From: Candidatus Lambdaproteobacteria bacterium RIFOXYD2_FULL_56_26
GTDB taxonomy: Bacteria; SAR324; XYD2-FULL-50-16
Direction: 5' to 3'
DNA length: 64,000 nt
Assembly: GCA_001783715.1 (NCBI GenBank)
Contig: MFNF01000027.1
Location: 3,290-67,289 of the forward strand
Below the pieces are notes generated by a model. The model did not search any database. It was given only the letters and a program-made list of their open reading frames with translations, and was not told the origin of the DNA. Made by a program: the position numbers and the translations under genes. Numbering within the stretch: position 1 is the stretch's first letter; every line of letters begins with the position of its first letter. Positions 17,502-26,923 of this stretch are shown piece by piece.

Positions 17502-18701
17502 TCAATAGACCGTCTGGTGTCTTGTGGACCTGCCAAAGGCCAGGGCAATCCAAGGGACGAGGCACAAGGCACCGACCCCCACCAGCCCGATGGTCTGCAT
17601 CCCGTAGAGGTGCCCCCCTTCGATGTGCAGCAAGGGGCTGGACCAAAATCCGCCTAGACCCATGGCCAAGTGGCCGACAATGGTGTTCATCGACATCAGC
17701 CGGCCACGAAACTGGATGGGTAGAAGCTCGGAAAGGTTAAGCTGGTGCACCGGTACCCGGATGGAGCCGCCGAACATCATGCCTGCAAAAAAAAGCCCCA
17801 AGGGCGGATCGGGGACCCATTCCGAACAGGCGACCCCCAAAAACAGCGCCATCACCAAAGAACCCCCGGAGATCAGCCCTCGCCGGAGCCTTCTTTTCAA
17901 AAACTCCCCGGCCAGACGGTTGCCCAGCACCGCTCCAATCCCCCCCTGCATGTAACAAAGGGCGATCTGGCCCGCATCGTAGCCGTAGTTGGTGGAGAAC
18001 CACACCGCAATGTTGGGCACCACCCCAAACAGGCCGATCAGCATAAGAAATTGCAGCCCAAAGGCCAGCTGAACCGGCTTGAGCGCCCAGAGCCCCAAAA
18101 GCTGCCGGTATTGGGAGAGGATTTTCCCCTCCGCTTGGGTGGGCACCGAGGGTAGAGCCAAAAAGGGGATCAACCCCAAGAGCGACAACAAAGAGATCAT
18201 CCCAAACACCCCCTGCCATCCCAACCAAGAGCCGATCCAGGCCCCCATTGGGACACCGAAGATGCTGGCGGCGGAAAAGGAAAGGGAGAGATTGGCGATG
18301 ATCCGACCCCGGTCTTCCCCCTTAAAGGTATCCCCGGCAAAGGCAAAGCTGTTGGGCAGCACCGGGCCGCCAAAGACCCCCGAGAGGATGCGGAACAAAA
18401 AAATCTGCCAAACCTCGGTGGAAAGCGCCACCCCCAGGGAAGCCAAGGAAAACCCGGCCAGCAGGAACAGGGTCATTTTTTTTCGGCCCAACCGGTCCGA
18501 AAAGGGGGCCAGCAAAAGAGAGCTGAGCGCTGCGGCTATGGGGTAGGAGGAAAGCAGAAAACCGGTGCGGGTGGGGGCGAGGCCCAGGGTCCTGGAGATG
18601 TCCATCACCAAGGGTACCATGACCAAATAATCCATCATCACCAAAAAGTTCAATAGGAACAGCAGGGTTCCAAAAAACTTGGGACTGTGGATTTCTTTCA
18701 T
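17502..18701 (-). CDS. MFS transporter (DHA1-like)
   Basis: About 12 TM segments; motif A APFSDRLGRKK; FRILSGVFGG. Confidence 0.9.
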   Translation of the reverse strand: MKEIHSPKFFGTLLFLLNFLVMMDYLVMVPLVMDISRTLGLAPTRTGFLLSSYPIAAALSSLLLAPFSDRLGRKKMTLFLLAGFSLASLGVALSTEVWQIFLFRILSGVFGGPVLPNSFAFAGDTFKGEDRGRIIANLSLSFSAASIFGVPMGAWIGSWLGWQGVFGMISLLSLLGLIPFLALPSVPTQAEGKILSQYRQLLGLWALKPVQLAFGLQFLMLIGLFGVVPNIAVWFSTNYGYDAGQIALCYMQGGIGAVLGNRLAGEFLKRRLRRGLISGGSLVMALFLGVACSEWVPDPPLGLFFAGMMFGGSIRVPVHQLNLSELLPIQFRGRLMSMNTIVGHLAMGLGGFWSSPLLHIEGGHLYGMQTIGLVGVGALCLVPWIALAFGRSTRHQTVY

Positions 18702-18716
18702 TTGAGGAAGGGAATC

Positions 18717-18737
18717 GGGCCGAGGAAGTCTCGGCCC
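18717..18737 (-). terminator. Hairpin between tpx and the MFS gene (possible weak terminator)
   Basis: GGGCCGAG-gaagt-CTCGGCCC perfect 8-bp stem; poor U-tract. Confidence 0.35.
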
Positions 18738-18777
18738 TTTGGCAGGGTTAAACCACGAAAGTTAAACCCGTCAAGCA

Positions 18778-19284
18778 TTAAGCACGCTTGGCGGCAGCCA
18801 AGGCAGCGTCGTAGTTGGGTTCTTGGGTGATTTCGGGGACCTGCTCGGTGTACTTCACCTTGCCGTCGGCACCAACCACTACCACCGCCCGAGAGAGCAG
18901 GCCCTTGAGTGCGCCGGTGGTCATCCGTGCGCCGTAGGCTTCACCAAAGCCCAAAGCCCGGAGTTCGGAAAGGCTGTCCAAGTTGGCGATCCCTTCGGCA
19001 CCGCAAAACCGGGAATGGGCAAAAGGCAGGTCCCGAGAGATACACAGCACCTTGGTGTTGGACAAGGCGGCTGCGTCCTTGTTGAAGTGCCGCACGCTGG
19101 TGGCGCAAACCCCGGTGTCCACAGAAGGGAAAATGTTCAGTACCAAGGTCATCCCTTTGTAGTGGGCCAAGGTGACATCGGAAAGGTCGGTTTTGGTCAG
19201 GGAAAAATCGGGGGCCACGGATCCAACCGCCGGGAGGTTTCCGCAGGTTTGTACTGCGTTGCCTTTGAGGGTGATTTGTGCCAT
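18778..19284 (-). CDS. tpx: Thiol peroxidase (atypical 2-Cys peroxiredoxin)
   Basis: LNIFPSVDTGVCATS, ISRDLPFAHSRFC, EQVPEITQEPNYDAAL. Confidence 0.96.
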   Translation of the reverse strand: MAQITLKGNAVQTCGNLPAVGSVAPDFSLTKTDLSDVTLAHYKGMTLVLNIFPSVDTGVCATSVRHFNKDAAALSNTKVLCISRDLPFAHSRFCGAEGIANLDSLSELRALGFGEAYGARMTTGALKGLLSRAVVVVGADGKVKYTEQVPEITQEPNYDAALAAAKRA

Positions 19285-19529
19285 CTGTCGTCTCCGAATT
19301 CAGGTTGTTGGAAAGGGAGTTGTTGTTGCCTTTCAAAATGAAATGGTTCCGCCAAAAAAGCAACCGGGCTGTTGAGGGTTGTGGTTTAGGGTAGGGTCGT
19401 AAACTCCGGGTCCGTCTGGTCCCCTACCTCCACCGGCAATTGCTTTAGGATAAGGGGTTTTGGGTCGGTTTGTTGGTAGTCTGGGCTACTTTGGGCCGGT
19501 TTTGCCTTGGTCTTGGATGCAAGGGAAAA

Positions 19530-19559
19530 TTGACAAGCCAAAGCGGGGGTGGCTAAGGT
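19530..19559 (+). promoter_or_regulatory. Possible sigma70 promoter
   Basis: TTGACA-18 bp-TAAGGT upstream of the 19643 gene. Confidence 0.35.
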
Positions 19560-19642
19560 GGGGCAAAATACCTGCCAATACGCCAGGGGGCTACCGGTTG
19601 GGAGGTGATCAATCTTGTGATACATCAGGGGGAGACGGAAAT

Positions 19643-21406
19643 ATGAAACGGATTTTAACCAGCTGTTTGCCCTTTTGGGGCCTTTTGTTGCCGGTTGCGG
19701 CTTTTGCCCAGTCGGCCAACCCTTCCTTGGCCATGCCACCCAAAGAAAGCCTGCATCTGTATCAATCGCCGGGAGGGGCGGTTTACCTGCACCCGGACCA
19801 GCCGCTGTACCTCTCCCTTTCGGGCAGCCCCGACGGCCCCAAACTGCCGCTCCAAACCAAAGCAGAGAGTCTGGCCAAGAATCCACGGTCCGGTCAGCCC
19901 TTTTACTTTAAGGACGGCGCAGGTCGGCACACCTTGGTTCACCCCGATGGGGATGCAGACACCGCCAAAACCCACAAAAGAAGGGCGGACGTTCCGGGGG
20001 ACGAAAACATCTTTTACTTCCACCTGGACGGCAAGGCCCCGCTCAGCAGGCCGGTGCCCAAAAGCGCTACCCAGGCCCACAACCGGGGGGTCATCTTTTT
20101 TGGTGAACCGGTGGAGATCCAGTTGGTTTCCGAAGACCAAGGAGAAGGGTTGAAGGTCAACCAATCGGGTGTGGTGGCAGTCTATTCCTCCTTGGATGGC
20201 GCTCCCTTTGAAAAGGTAACCGGTCCCTTGGGCTTTGCCGAAGAACGAGCCTACGAACTGCGGTACTATGGGGAAGACAACGTGGGGAACCAGGAAGCGG
20301 TGCGCCGGTACCGGTTCCAGATCGACAAAACCGCCCCTAACTCAAAACTGCGTTTCCGAGGTCCCGAATCGGGGACCTTTGTTTCCCCCTCGACCTTGGT
20401 AGTGCTTTCAGCCCAGGACACCGGTGCCGGAGTCGGGGTCACTCGCTACCAGATCAAAGGCAAAGGCGGAGCGGAAGGAAACTACCAGAGGCCAATCAAC
20501 CTTGCAGGGCTGGGGCAGGGGGATTACCAGATCCATTATTGGTCCCAAGACAAGTTGGGCAATGCCGAGACCGCCAAGTCCCAGAGCTTTACCCTGGACC
20601 GGACGGCTCCCAAAATCGAGATGGGCAACGAAGGGCCGGTTTTCCGGGAAAAAGGCAACCTGTTTGTCGGCCCCAACACCAAGTTGACCGCATCGGTCTC
20701 GGACAACGGTGCCGGGGTGGCTTGGATGAAGTACAAGCTGGACCAGGACTCGGGGGTTTACCAGGGACCGGTCGGCCTGCCCAAAAAGGCGGGCAGGTTT
20801 GTGTTTAAGCTGTGGGCCGCCGACAAGGTGGGCAACCAAACCCAGGCCTACGAATACGAGCTGACCCAGGACCCGGTCCCGCCGACCAGCCACTTTGCCT
20901 TTTCCGGTCCCCATTCTGCGGACAGCAAGGGAAAGTTCATTGCCGGTTCGGCCAAGGTGACCTTAAGCGCCGAAGACAAATCCTCGGGGGTCAAGGAGAT
21001 CGGCTACCAGCTCGACCAAGGGGCGGAGGGGGTCTATCGGGAAGCAGTGACCGCTGCCGCCGGTCCCCATGAGCTGGCCTATTTTTCTACCGACAATGTG
21101 GGCAACCGGGAAAAGAAAAACAAACTCCACTTTTTTGTTGATGCCGACCCGCCGGAGATCACCACCAAGATGAGCGTGGGCTCGATGGGGGAGGAGCGTT
21201 TTCCCAAGGGCAGTTTGTTGTTTGTGATCGCCACCGACAAGGCCTCGGGGCTTGAAAAGGTAGAAATCTCCATCAACGGCTCCAAGGCCAGTTTGCTCCA
21301 ACAACCGCCTAAGTTCGACGAGCCGGGCCGCTACAAGGTGGAACTGGCGGCGACCGACAAGGTGGGCAATCGCTCGACCGCAACGGTGAGCTTTTTGATC
21401 CAATAA
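19643..21406 (+). CDS. Secreted protein with about 5 tandem Ig-like (OmpL47-type) repeats
   Basis: Signal peptide from MKRIL; repeated D.TAP/PP, D..SGV and D.VGN motifs about every 92 aa. Confidence 0.8.
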   Translation: MKRILTSCLPFWGLLLPVAAFAQSANPSLAMPPKESLHLYQSPGGAVYLHPDQPLYLSLSGSPDGPKLPLQTKAESLAKNPRSGQPFYFKDGAGRHTLVHPDGDADTAKTHKRRADVPGDENIFYFHLDGKAPLSRPVPKSATQAHNRGVIFFGEPVEIQLVSEDQGEGLKVNQSGVVAVYSSLDGAPFEKVTGPLGFAEERAYELRYYGEDNVGNQEAVRRYRFQIDKTAPNSKLRFRGPESGTFVSPSTLVVLSAQDTGAGVGVTRYQIKGKGGAEGNYQRPINLAGLGQGDYQIHYWSQDKLGNAETAKSQSFTLDRTAPKIEMGNEGPVFREKGNLFVGPNTKLTASVSDNGAGVAWMKYKLDQDSGVYQGPVGLPKKAGRFVFKLWAADKVGNQTQAYEYELTQDPVPPTSHFAFSGPHSADSKGKFIAGSAKVTLSAEDKSSGVKEIGYQLDQGAEGVYREAVTAAAGPHELAYFSTDNVGNREKKNKLHFFVDADPPEITTKMSVGSMGEERFPKGSLLFVIATDKASGLEKVEISINGSKASLLQQPPKFDEPGRYKVELAATDKVGNRSTATVSFLIQ

Positions 21407-21410
21407 CCCT

Positions 21411-22097
21411 ATGGCCCACCGGTTCCTCCTTTTTGGGGTTTTGCTCCTCCTGTCCTCGGTGGCCTGGGGCTATCCGCCCAAGGACCAGAAAAAATTCCTG
21501 GTCCGAGGGAACTGTCCAGGTTGCGACTTGACTGCGGCATTGGTCCAAAAGGTCCAGATGGAAGGGGTGAACCTGCAAGGGGCGACCTTGTGGCGGTCCT
21601 ATTGGGTCGAGGTAAATTTTCCCCAGGCGGATTTTCAAGGGGCCGACCTGGAGGAAAGTTTTTGCAACGATTCCTCTTTCTCCAAGGCTCGGTTCAGTCG
21701 GGCGATGATGTACCGGAGCTATTTTAAACGGGTGGACCTCTCGGATGCGGACCTCTCTTTTGTGGTGGCCCAGGAGGTTTGGATGGACGAATCCAACCTC
21801 CAAGGGGCCCAGCTCAACCAAGCCCTGCTCTACAAGGCGAGGTTTACTAAGGCCGACCTGAGGGAAGCAAACCTGTCGGGGGCGATTTTGGTGGAGGCGG
21901 ACCTTTTGGGGGCGGACCTGCGGGGGGCAAACCTCAAGGGGGCCATCTTGGCGGGGGCGAACCTGGAAAAGGCTTTGCTCGAAGGGGCCTTGCTCGATGG
22001 GGCGAGGTGGACCGACGGGTTTGAATGCCAGCCCGGTTCGGTGGGCCAATGTATCAAAGAGGATTTTAAATTGGTTTGGGAGCCCCGGCAGGAATAA
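21411..22097 (+). CDS. Secreted pentapeptide-repeat protein
   Basis: Signal peptide; CPGCDL; A(D/N)LxG pentapeptide run; GARWTDG..C...S.G.C cap. Confidence 0.9.
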   Translation: MAHRFLLFGVLLLLSSVAWGYPPKDQKKFLVRGNCPGCDLTAALVQKVQMEGVNLQGATLWRSYWVEVNFPQADFQGADLEESFCNDSSFSKARFSRAMMYRSYFKRVDLSDADLSFVVAQEVWMDESNLQGAQLNQALLYKARFTKADLREANLSGAILVEADLLGADLRGANLKGAILAGANLEKALLEGALLDGARWTDGFECQPGSVGQCIKEDFKLVWEPRQE

Positions 22098-22141
22098 CCC
22101 AGGCCGAGCAGCCCCGGCCAGAGTGGCTTTCCCCCTAAAAA

Positions 22142-23335
22142 CTAGGGTGCCTGGAGCGCCCGGTTGCGGCCCTGTTGGAACCAGGCCAACAAAAAGCCCA
22201 CAGAGACCAGCCCCAACAGGGCGGAACAGACCCCAAACATCCCCGGCAGGCCCAGCCAGGGGACCAAGGGGCTGACCAGGATCGGCGACGAGAACTGGCC
22301 CAAGAAAATTGCCATGGACATCAGCCCCATCCCCCGGCCCCGGAAGGTGGGAGGGAGGACCGCCACCAGGACCGTATTGAGGTTAGGGAAAAGATAGGCC
22401 AGCCCCATCCCCGCCAAAGCCAACCCGGCGAGCACCACCGGATAACTCCAGGTCGAGGACACCAGCCCCAGCCCCAGGCCCAACAGGGCGAAGGTGTAAG
22501 CAAAAATGGCCGGGCTGGCAAAACGCCCTTTGACCCTCTGGAAGGTCGGTGCCAAAAGGCCCATGGTCAAGGTCAAGGAGCCCACCGAGAAGCCGATCAT
22601 CGCCGGGGGAGCCTGGAAGGTTTGGGTCAACAAAAAGGGAATTTGGACCGGCACCAGATAAAAGACCACCATGGAAAAAAAGCCCAACAGATAGATCGGC
22701 AGGGTCCGGGACCAAGGCATGGAAGCGAGCACCTCTCCGGCCGCATTGTGGTCGCCCACCTTGGGCGGCTCTTGGACCAAATAGACGGCCAAGGGCAAGA
22801 CCACAAAGGCAAAGAGGTACACCAAAAAGGGGAACTGCCACCCGATCCCGGCGAGCAACCCGCCGCCCACCAAAAAGACCACCCCGCCCAGGGCCATGGC
22901 CATGACCTGAAACCCCATAAACCGGAAGTACAGCGGCCCCTTGAAGTAGTCGGCCACCAAGGTGGATGAACTGGTCATGATCCCCGCCACCCCGAGGCCC
23001 AGCAGCGCCCTTGTGACCAACAGGTGATAAAGGTCGGTCGTCCAAAACCCGGCGGTACCGCCTAGGCCGTACAGTACCAAAGAGAAAAACAGGATCGGCC
23101 TGCGTCCCATCCGGTCCAACAGCCACCCGGCCAAAGGGCTGCCGAAACCGACGAACAGAGCCGGTAAGGTAAGGACCAGCCGGACCAGCAGCGCCGAATT
23201 GGGGACCTCTGAAAAATGGGTCAACATCTGGGGCAAGGAAGGGGTGACGATCGCTCCGGCCATCACGGTCATTGAGCTGGCCAACAGCAAGGTCGCTTGG
23301 GTAGCACCTGAGTGCTTCAAAACAAAGGGTTCCAC
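22142..23335 (-). CDS. MFS transporter
   Basis: GWLLDRMGRRP motif A; RALLGLGVAG; about 12 TM segments. Confidence 0.9.
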   Translation of the reverse strand: MEPFVLKHSGATQATLLLASSMTVMAGAIVTPSLPQMLTHFSEVPNSALLVRLVLTLPALFVGFGSPLAGWLLDRMGRRPILFFSLVLYGLGGTAGFWTTDLYHLLVTRALLGLGVAGIMTSSSTLVADYFKGPLYFRFMGFQVMAMALGGVVFLVGGGLLAGIGWQFPFLVYLFAFVVLPLAVYLVQEPPKVGDHNAAGEVLASMPWSRTLPIYLLGFFSMVVFYLVPVQIPFLLTQTFQAPPAMIGFSVGSLTLTMGLLAPTFQRVKGRFASPAIFAYTFALLGLGLGLVSSTWSYPVVLAGLALAGMGLAYLFPNLNTVLVAVLPPTFRGRGMGLMSMAIFLGQFSSPILVSPLVPWLGLPGMFGVCSALLGLVSVGFLLAWFQQGRNRALQAP

Positions 23336-23435
23336 AGGAAAAAGCAGGAAGGGTTGGGTTGGGTTGGGGCCTCAAGGCACGAGGCCCCTTGATTGGAGAT
23401 TGGAACACTGGGAAACGGGAAAAGTAAAGAAAAGC

Positions 23436-23696
23436 CTAGTTTCCTAATTTTTCGCAGAGTTTTTCAAGTTGTTTGGTCGGCAGGTCGCCCAAGGCACCGG
23501 GGTCCAGGTCGTTGATCATCGCCTGGAGGGGTGTGTGTCTGGCGTAGGTGTAACCGAAGTTGATCGCACTGATCCCGATCACCACCAAGAGCATCCAAAG
23601 CAAAAAGCCCCGTTTGACCAACTGGTAGGCGGCGATTCCGGTGGCCAAGGCCCCTAGGCCCATGGCGATGTAGGCTATCCAAAGGTTCGTTTCCAT
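23436..23696 (-). CDS. Small membrane protein (2 TM)
   Basis: GGAG RBS; two hydrophobic segments. Confidence 0.65.
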   Translation of the reverse strand: METNLWIAYIAMGLGALATGIAAYQLVKRGFLLWMLLVVIGISAINFGYTYARHTPLQAMINDLDPGALGDLPTKQLEKLCEKLGN

Positions 23697-23702
23697 AGGC
23701 TC

Positions 23703-24533
23703 CTAATGTTCCCCTTTTTTTAGGTCTTCGGTTTTAAAGTGCTTCTTTAATTTGTCCCAAATTTCAACATGGCTTTCGTCCTGTTCCCCGGTCCGTTTGA
23801 GCCGCTCAAAATAATAGCCCAGGGCCACCTTTTCTTCCACCGACAAGGTCCGCACATGGATGCCAAAGGCCTCCTTGAGCAGCAGGACCAGCTCTCCGGT
23901 GGGCCTACCGGTGTAGATGGTTTTGGTCCTGGGCCGAGGTTTGGCTTCCGGGGGGGCAGCTTTTTTGCCGATGGACTTGAAGCTTTTTTCGGCAAATTCC
24001 TGGTTGTGCAGCACCTTGCTGATCAAAAACATCGCTTGGTTTTGGTTCTGCACCTCTGCTTGGCCGTCGATGATGATAAAGGCCTTGCGGAAGGTCGGGG
24101 TCGAGGAAAGTAGGTTCCACAGCGGCCTTTGCTGGATGGCGATGATGCTGGTGCCTTCAGGGAACTCTTTCCATTTGGTGCGGAAGTGCCAGATGTCCTT
24201 GTTGCCGCTGGTCAGGGCTTTGCGCTCAATCTGTTTGTCCAGGTCCCCAAAGGTGCTGATCCGCATTTTCAGGACCGTTTGCAACTCGGTGGGGATTTCC
24301 TGTTTGGTCCGTTTGAGGTTGATGGAATTTTTCAGGATCGGGGTGAACATCCCCCCGTTGGTATTGGCGGCAATAGCAATGTAATACCAAGTCTGCAAAA
24401 AAAGATGGTGCAGAACGTCCAAGGTTTGTTCCCATTCCCGAGAGGATTCCAGTTCGTGGTCAAACGCTTGCCCGTCGGTTTTTTTTCCCAATCGGTCGGC
24501 TTTGGCGTTATGGTAGGAATGGTCGTCCGTCAC
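23703..24533 (-). CDS. Hypothetical protein (276 aa)
   Basis: Protein-like ORF; 6 bp from the next gene. Confidence 0.7.
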   Translation of the reverse strand: MTDDHSYHNAKADRLGKKTDGQAFDHELESSREWEQTLDVLHHLFLQTWYYIAIAANTNGGMFTPILKNSINLKRTKQEIPTELQTVLKMRISTFGDLDKQIERKALTSGNKDIWHFRTKWKEFPEGTSIIAIQQRPLWNLLSSTPTFRKAFIIIDGQAEVQNQNQAMFLISKVLHNQEFAEKSFKSIGKKAAPPEAKPRPRTKTIYTGRPTGELVLLLKEAFGIHVRTLSVEEKVALGYYFERLKRTGEQDESHVEIWDKLKKHFKTEDLKKGEH

Positions 24534-24646
24534 TGGTCAGCCGGTGGCATTGGGTCGCTGGGCCCGAGCCATTATAAAAACTCGGGCTTTTACCCGATCA
24601 TAGCGACAAACCAATCTTTGGGCAAGGTCTTCTAGGGGTGAATCTT

Positions 24647-25972
24647 TCAGCCGGTTAACCCTCGACGTGCCCGTGCGATGTGCCAGGAAAGAGAGTCCAT
24701 CGACTCCTTGAGTTCGATGCGTGACAAGATCCGGCCTCGCTTTTTGGGGATCACCGAAAAAACGTAGGTCACAAAGTCGGAAACCAGATTGACCTGTTGG
24801 GGGTCGTTGATCGCCTTGAGCTGTTTGCGCAAAAACGCCGCCAGTTGTTCCTTGGAGCACTTTTGGAAGACCGCCGCCACCAAGGCCACCTGCTCCTCCA
24901 AGGGGCCGGTGATGTCCTTGGGATAAAAGCGGTTGAACATTTTTTGGCTGAACAAAAATCTACCGCTGATCCCCGCTCCGCCAATGGCCACCATTTCCAT
25001 TACGTTGAGCGCCAAGAGGTCCATGGCCCCAAATCCGATGATCCCCAAAGCCAGGATCAAGGGGACCAGCTGGAGGGTCAGCCTTTTTTTCTCCGCCTCC
25101 ACGTACCGATTGTTGTAGAGCTTTGCGTCTTTAAAAAGCTTGAGGGCTTCCAAAAAGGGCTTGCCCGCAAAAATCAATTCTTCGGCGCTGGCCAGTTTTT
25201 CCTTGAACGCCTTTTCGGTGGCTCGTTTTTTCTCCAAGGAATCCTTGTTGATCAGGTCTTGGATCACGTACCTCCGGGTACTCCTCATCCGGTCCGAAAG
25301 GATCTGGATGAACTCGTTGGGGTTGTCGGGGTTGAGGGTCCGAGCCCGGTGGATCGCCCGTTCGGAGATGTAGTCGGAGATGTCGTCGTAAAGTTTTTTG
25401 GGGTTTGCCGGAGCGGTGTATTTCTCCGCATCCTTGGACCGGGGCTTGGACTGGGCCTCTCGCCGTTCCCGTTCCAGGTCGTTTTCGTAGCGGATACAGT
25501 GGCTGAACATCTGGGTGATCACGTCGTAGTTGTCCGAGCCAACCTTCATCATCTGGATGAAGGTCTCCCCCATGGCGTGGGCGTAGGCGGAGAAGATCCG
25601 GCCCGAGTCCGGGTGCCGGTAGCTGGGCATGTCCCCGGTACTGTGTCCGGCGACCGCCATTTCCACCAGGGACTTCCAAAATTCCTTGAATTCCACTTTG
25701 GCCGGTTCCTGCCAAAACAAGGACACCACGGCGTGGCTGGCATAAGGAGCGGTTTCTTCCCGTTCCAAAAGGATTTGCAGGAGGCTTTGGAAGTATTTGA
25801 TCTTGTCGGGGTGGTGCAGCTTGGACAAAAGCTCGGCTCCAATCTGAAGATAGACCTTTTCGATCTCCATCTCCCGTTCGCTGATAAAAATGACCTTTTG
25901 GGCCAATTTTTGGGCGATGCTTTGGCTGCCGCTTTGGGGTTCGATCCGTTCTTCTTTTTTGGCCATGTTCAT
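24647..25972 (-). CDS. Hypothetical helical protein with two C-terminal TM segments
   Basis: Start at MNMAKKEE after GGAG; charged helical body; hydrophobic LVPLILALGIIGFG and VAIGGAGISG. Confidence 0.75.
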   Translation of the reverse strand: MNMAKKEERIEPQSGSQSIAQKLAQKVIFISEREMEIEKVYLQIGAELLSKLHHPDKIKYFQSLLQILLEREETAPYASHAVVSLFWQEPAKVEFKEFWKSLVEMAVAGHSTGDMPSYRHPDSGRIFSAYAHAMGETFIQMMKVGSDNYDVITQMFSHCIRYENDLERERREAQSKPRSKDAEKYTAPANPKKLYDDISDYISERAIHRARTLNPDNPNEFIQILSDRMRSTRRYVIQDLINKDSLEKKRATEKAFKEKLASAEELIFAGKPFLEALKLFKDAKLYNNRYVEAEKKRLTLQLVPLILALGIIGFGAMDLLALNVMEMVAIGGAGISGRFLFSQKMFNRFYPKDITGPLEEQVALVAAVFQKCSKEQLAAFLRKQLKAINDPQQVNLVSDFVTYVFSVIPKKRGRILSRIELKESMDSLSWHIARARRGLTG

Positions 25973-26242
25973 GAGGTAACTCCAGTGGACAAAGTAATCC
26001 CGTTTCCAAGAAAGAATGCAAGTCAAGTGCCCCAGGGGCAAAGCCCCCAGGCAAGGGGTTTGGGGCCAACCCACGGGAGGCGGGGCAGAATCTCGGTGGA
26101 CTTTTGCGGCAGGTTGGGCGTAAATTCGAACGGTCCCAAACGGGGACTTTGGGCGACCAGACCAAAGCCCAAAAACGCCCCAAAGGCGGGCCTGGAACCC
26201 ACCAAAACCGGTTTCCAAGGTAAAACCACCGAAGGCAAACAG

Positions 26243-26923
26243 ATGAGCAAGGTCGAAAAACGATTGGCCAAACTGGAGCGGGACAAGGGACTGCACAGCC
26301 GTTTTGGCTCCCCCCAAGGGAGCGGGGAGCCCAACCGGCACGGGATGCCTAAGCTGCCGCCCGGCCAAAGACAGGTGGAAACTTGGCCGGTCCTCGACTT
26401 GGGCCATGTGCCCACACTCTCCCGAGAAAACTGGAAACTGTCGGTCAACGGCTTGGTGGAACAGCCGTTGGAGCTGAACTTCCAGGAATTTTTGGCCTTG
26501 GGGTCGGTGGAGGATGTCTCGGACTTCCACTGCGTCACCGGCTGGAGCCGGATGGACAACCATTGGAAAGGGGTCCGGGTCAAGGACTTGGCCGCCAAGG
26601 CCGGGCTCAAGCCCCAGGTGACCCATGTACAAATTACCGCCTACGACCTTGCTCCAGGCACCGAAATCCCCTACACCACCAACCTTCCGCTGGACCAAGC
26701 GCTGGAAGAGGACGTGCTTTTGGTTTACCAGTGGGAAGGCAAATCCCTGGCGGCCGAACATGGCGGACCGGTGCGGATGATCACCCCCAAACTGTGGGCC
26801 TGGAAAGGGGCCAAGTGGGTGCGGGCGCTCAGTTTTATCGACCACGACCAACCGGGCTTTTGGGAAGTCCGGGGTTATTCCAACACCGCCGAACCCTGGT
26901 ACGATGACCGCTACTCCTATTAG
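26243..26923 (+). CDS. Sulfite oxidase-like molybdopterin oxidoreductase (YuiH/MsrP-like, cytoplasmic)
   Basis: LPPGQ, WPVLDLG, DFHCVTGWS, YTTNLPL, EHGGPVRM..PKLWAWKGAKW, GFWE.RGY. Confidence 0.9.
   Translation: MSKVEKRLAKLERDKGLHSRFGSPQGSGEPNRHGMPKLPPGQRQVETWPVLDLGHVPTLSRENWKLSVNGLVEQPLELNFQEFLALGSVEDVSDFHCVTGWSRMDNHWKGVRVKDLAAKAGLKPQVTHVQITAYDLAPGTEIPYTTNLPLDQALEEDVLLVYQWEGKSLAAEHGGPVRMITPKLWAWKGAKWVRALSFIDHDQPGFWEVRGYSNTAEPWYDDRYSY

Noticed and set aside
25973-26242. Moco riboswitch upstream of the molybdopterin oxidoreductase
   Set aside because: I could not find the conserved Moco RNA elements on the sense strand; an Infernal search would be needed
24797-26851. Apparent 700-aa overlapping ORFs on both strands
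   Set aside because: Each is a real gene (24647-25972 minus; 26243-26923 plus) extended by stop-free antisense sequence
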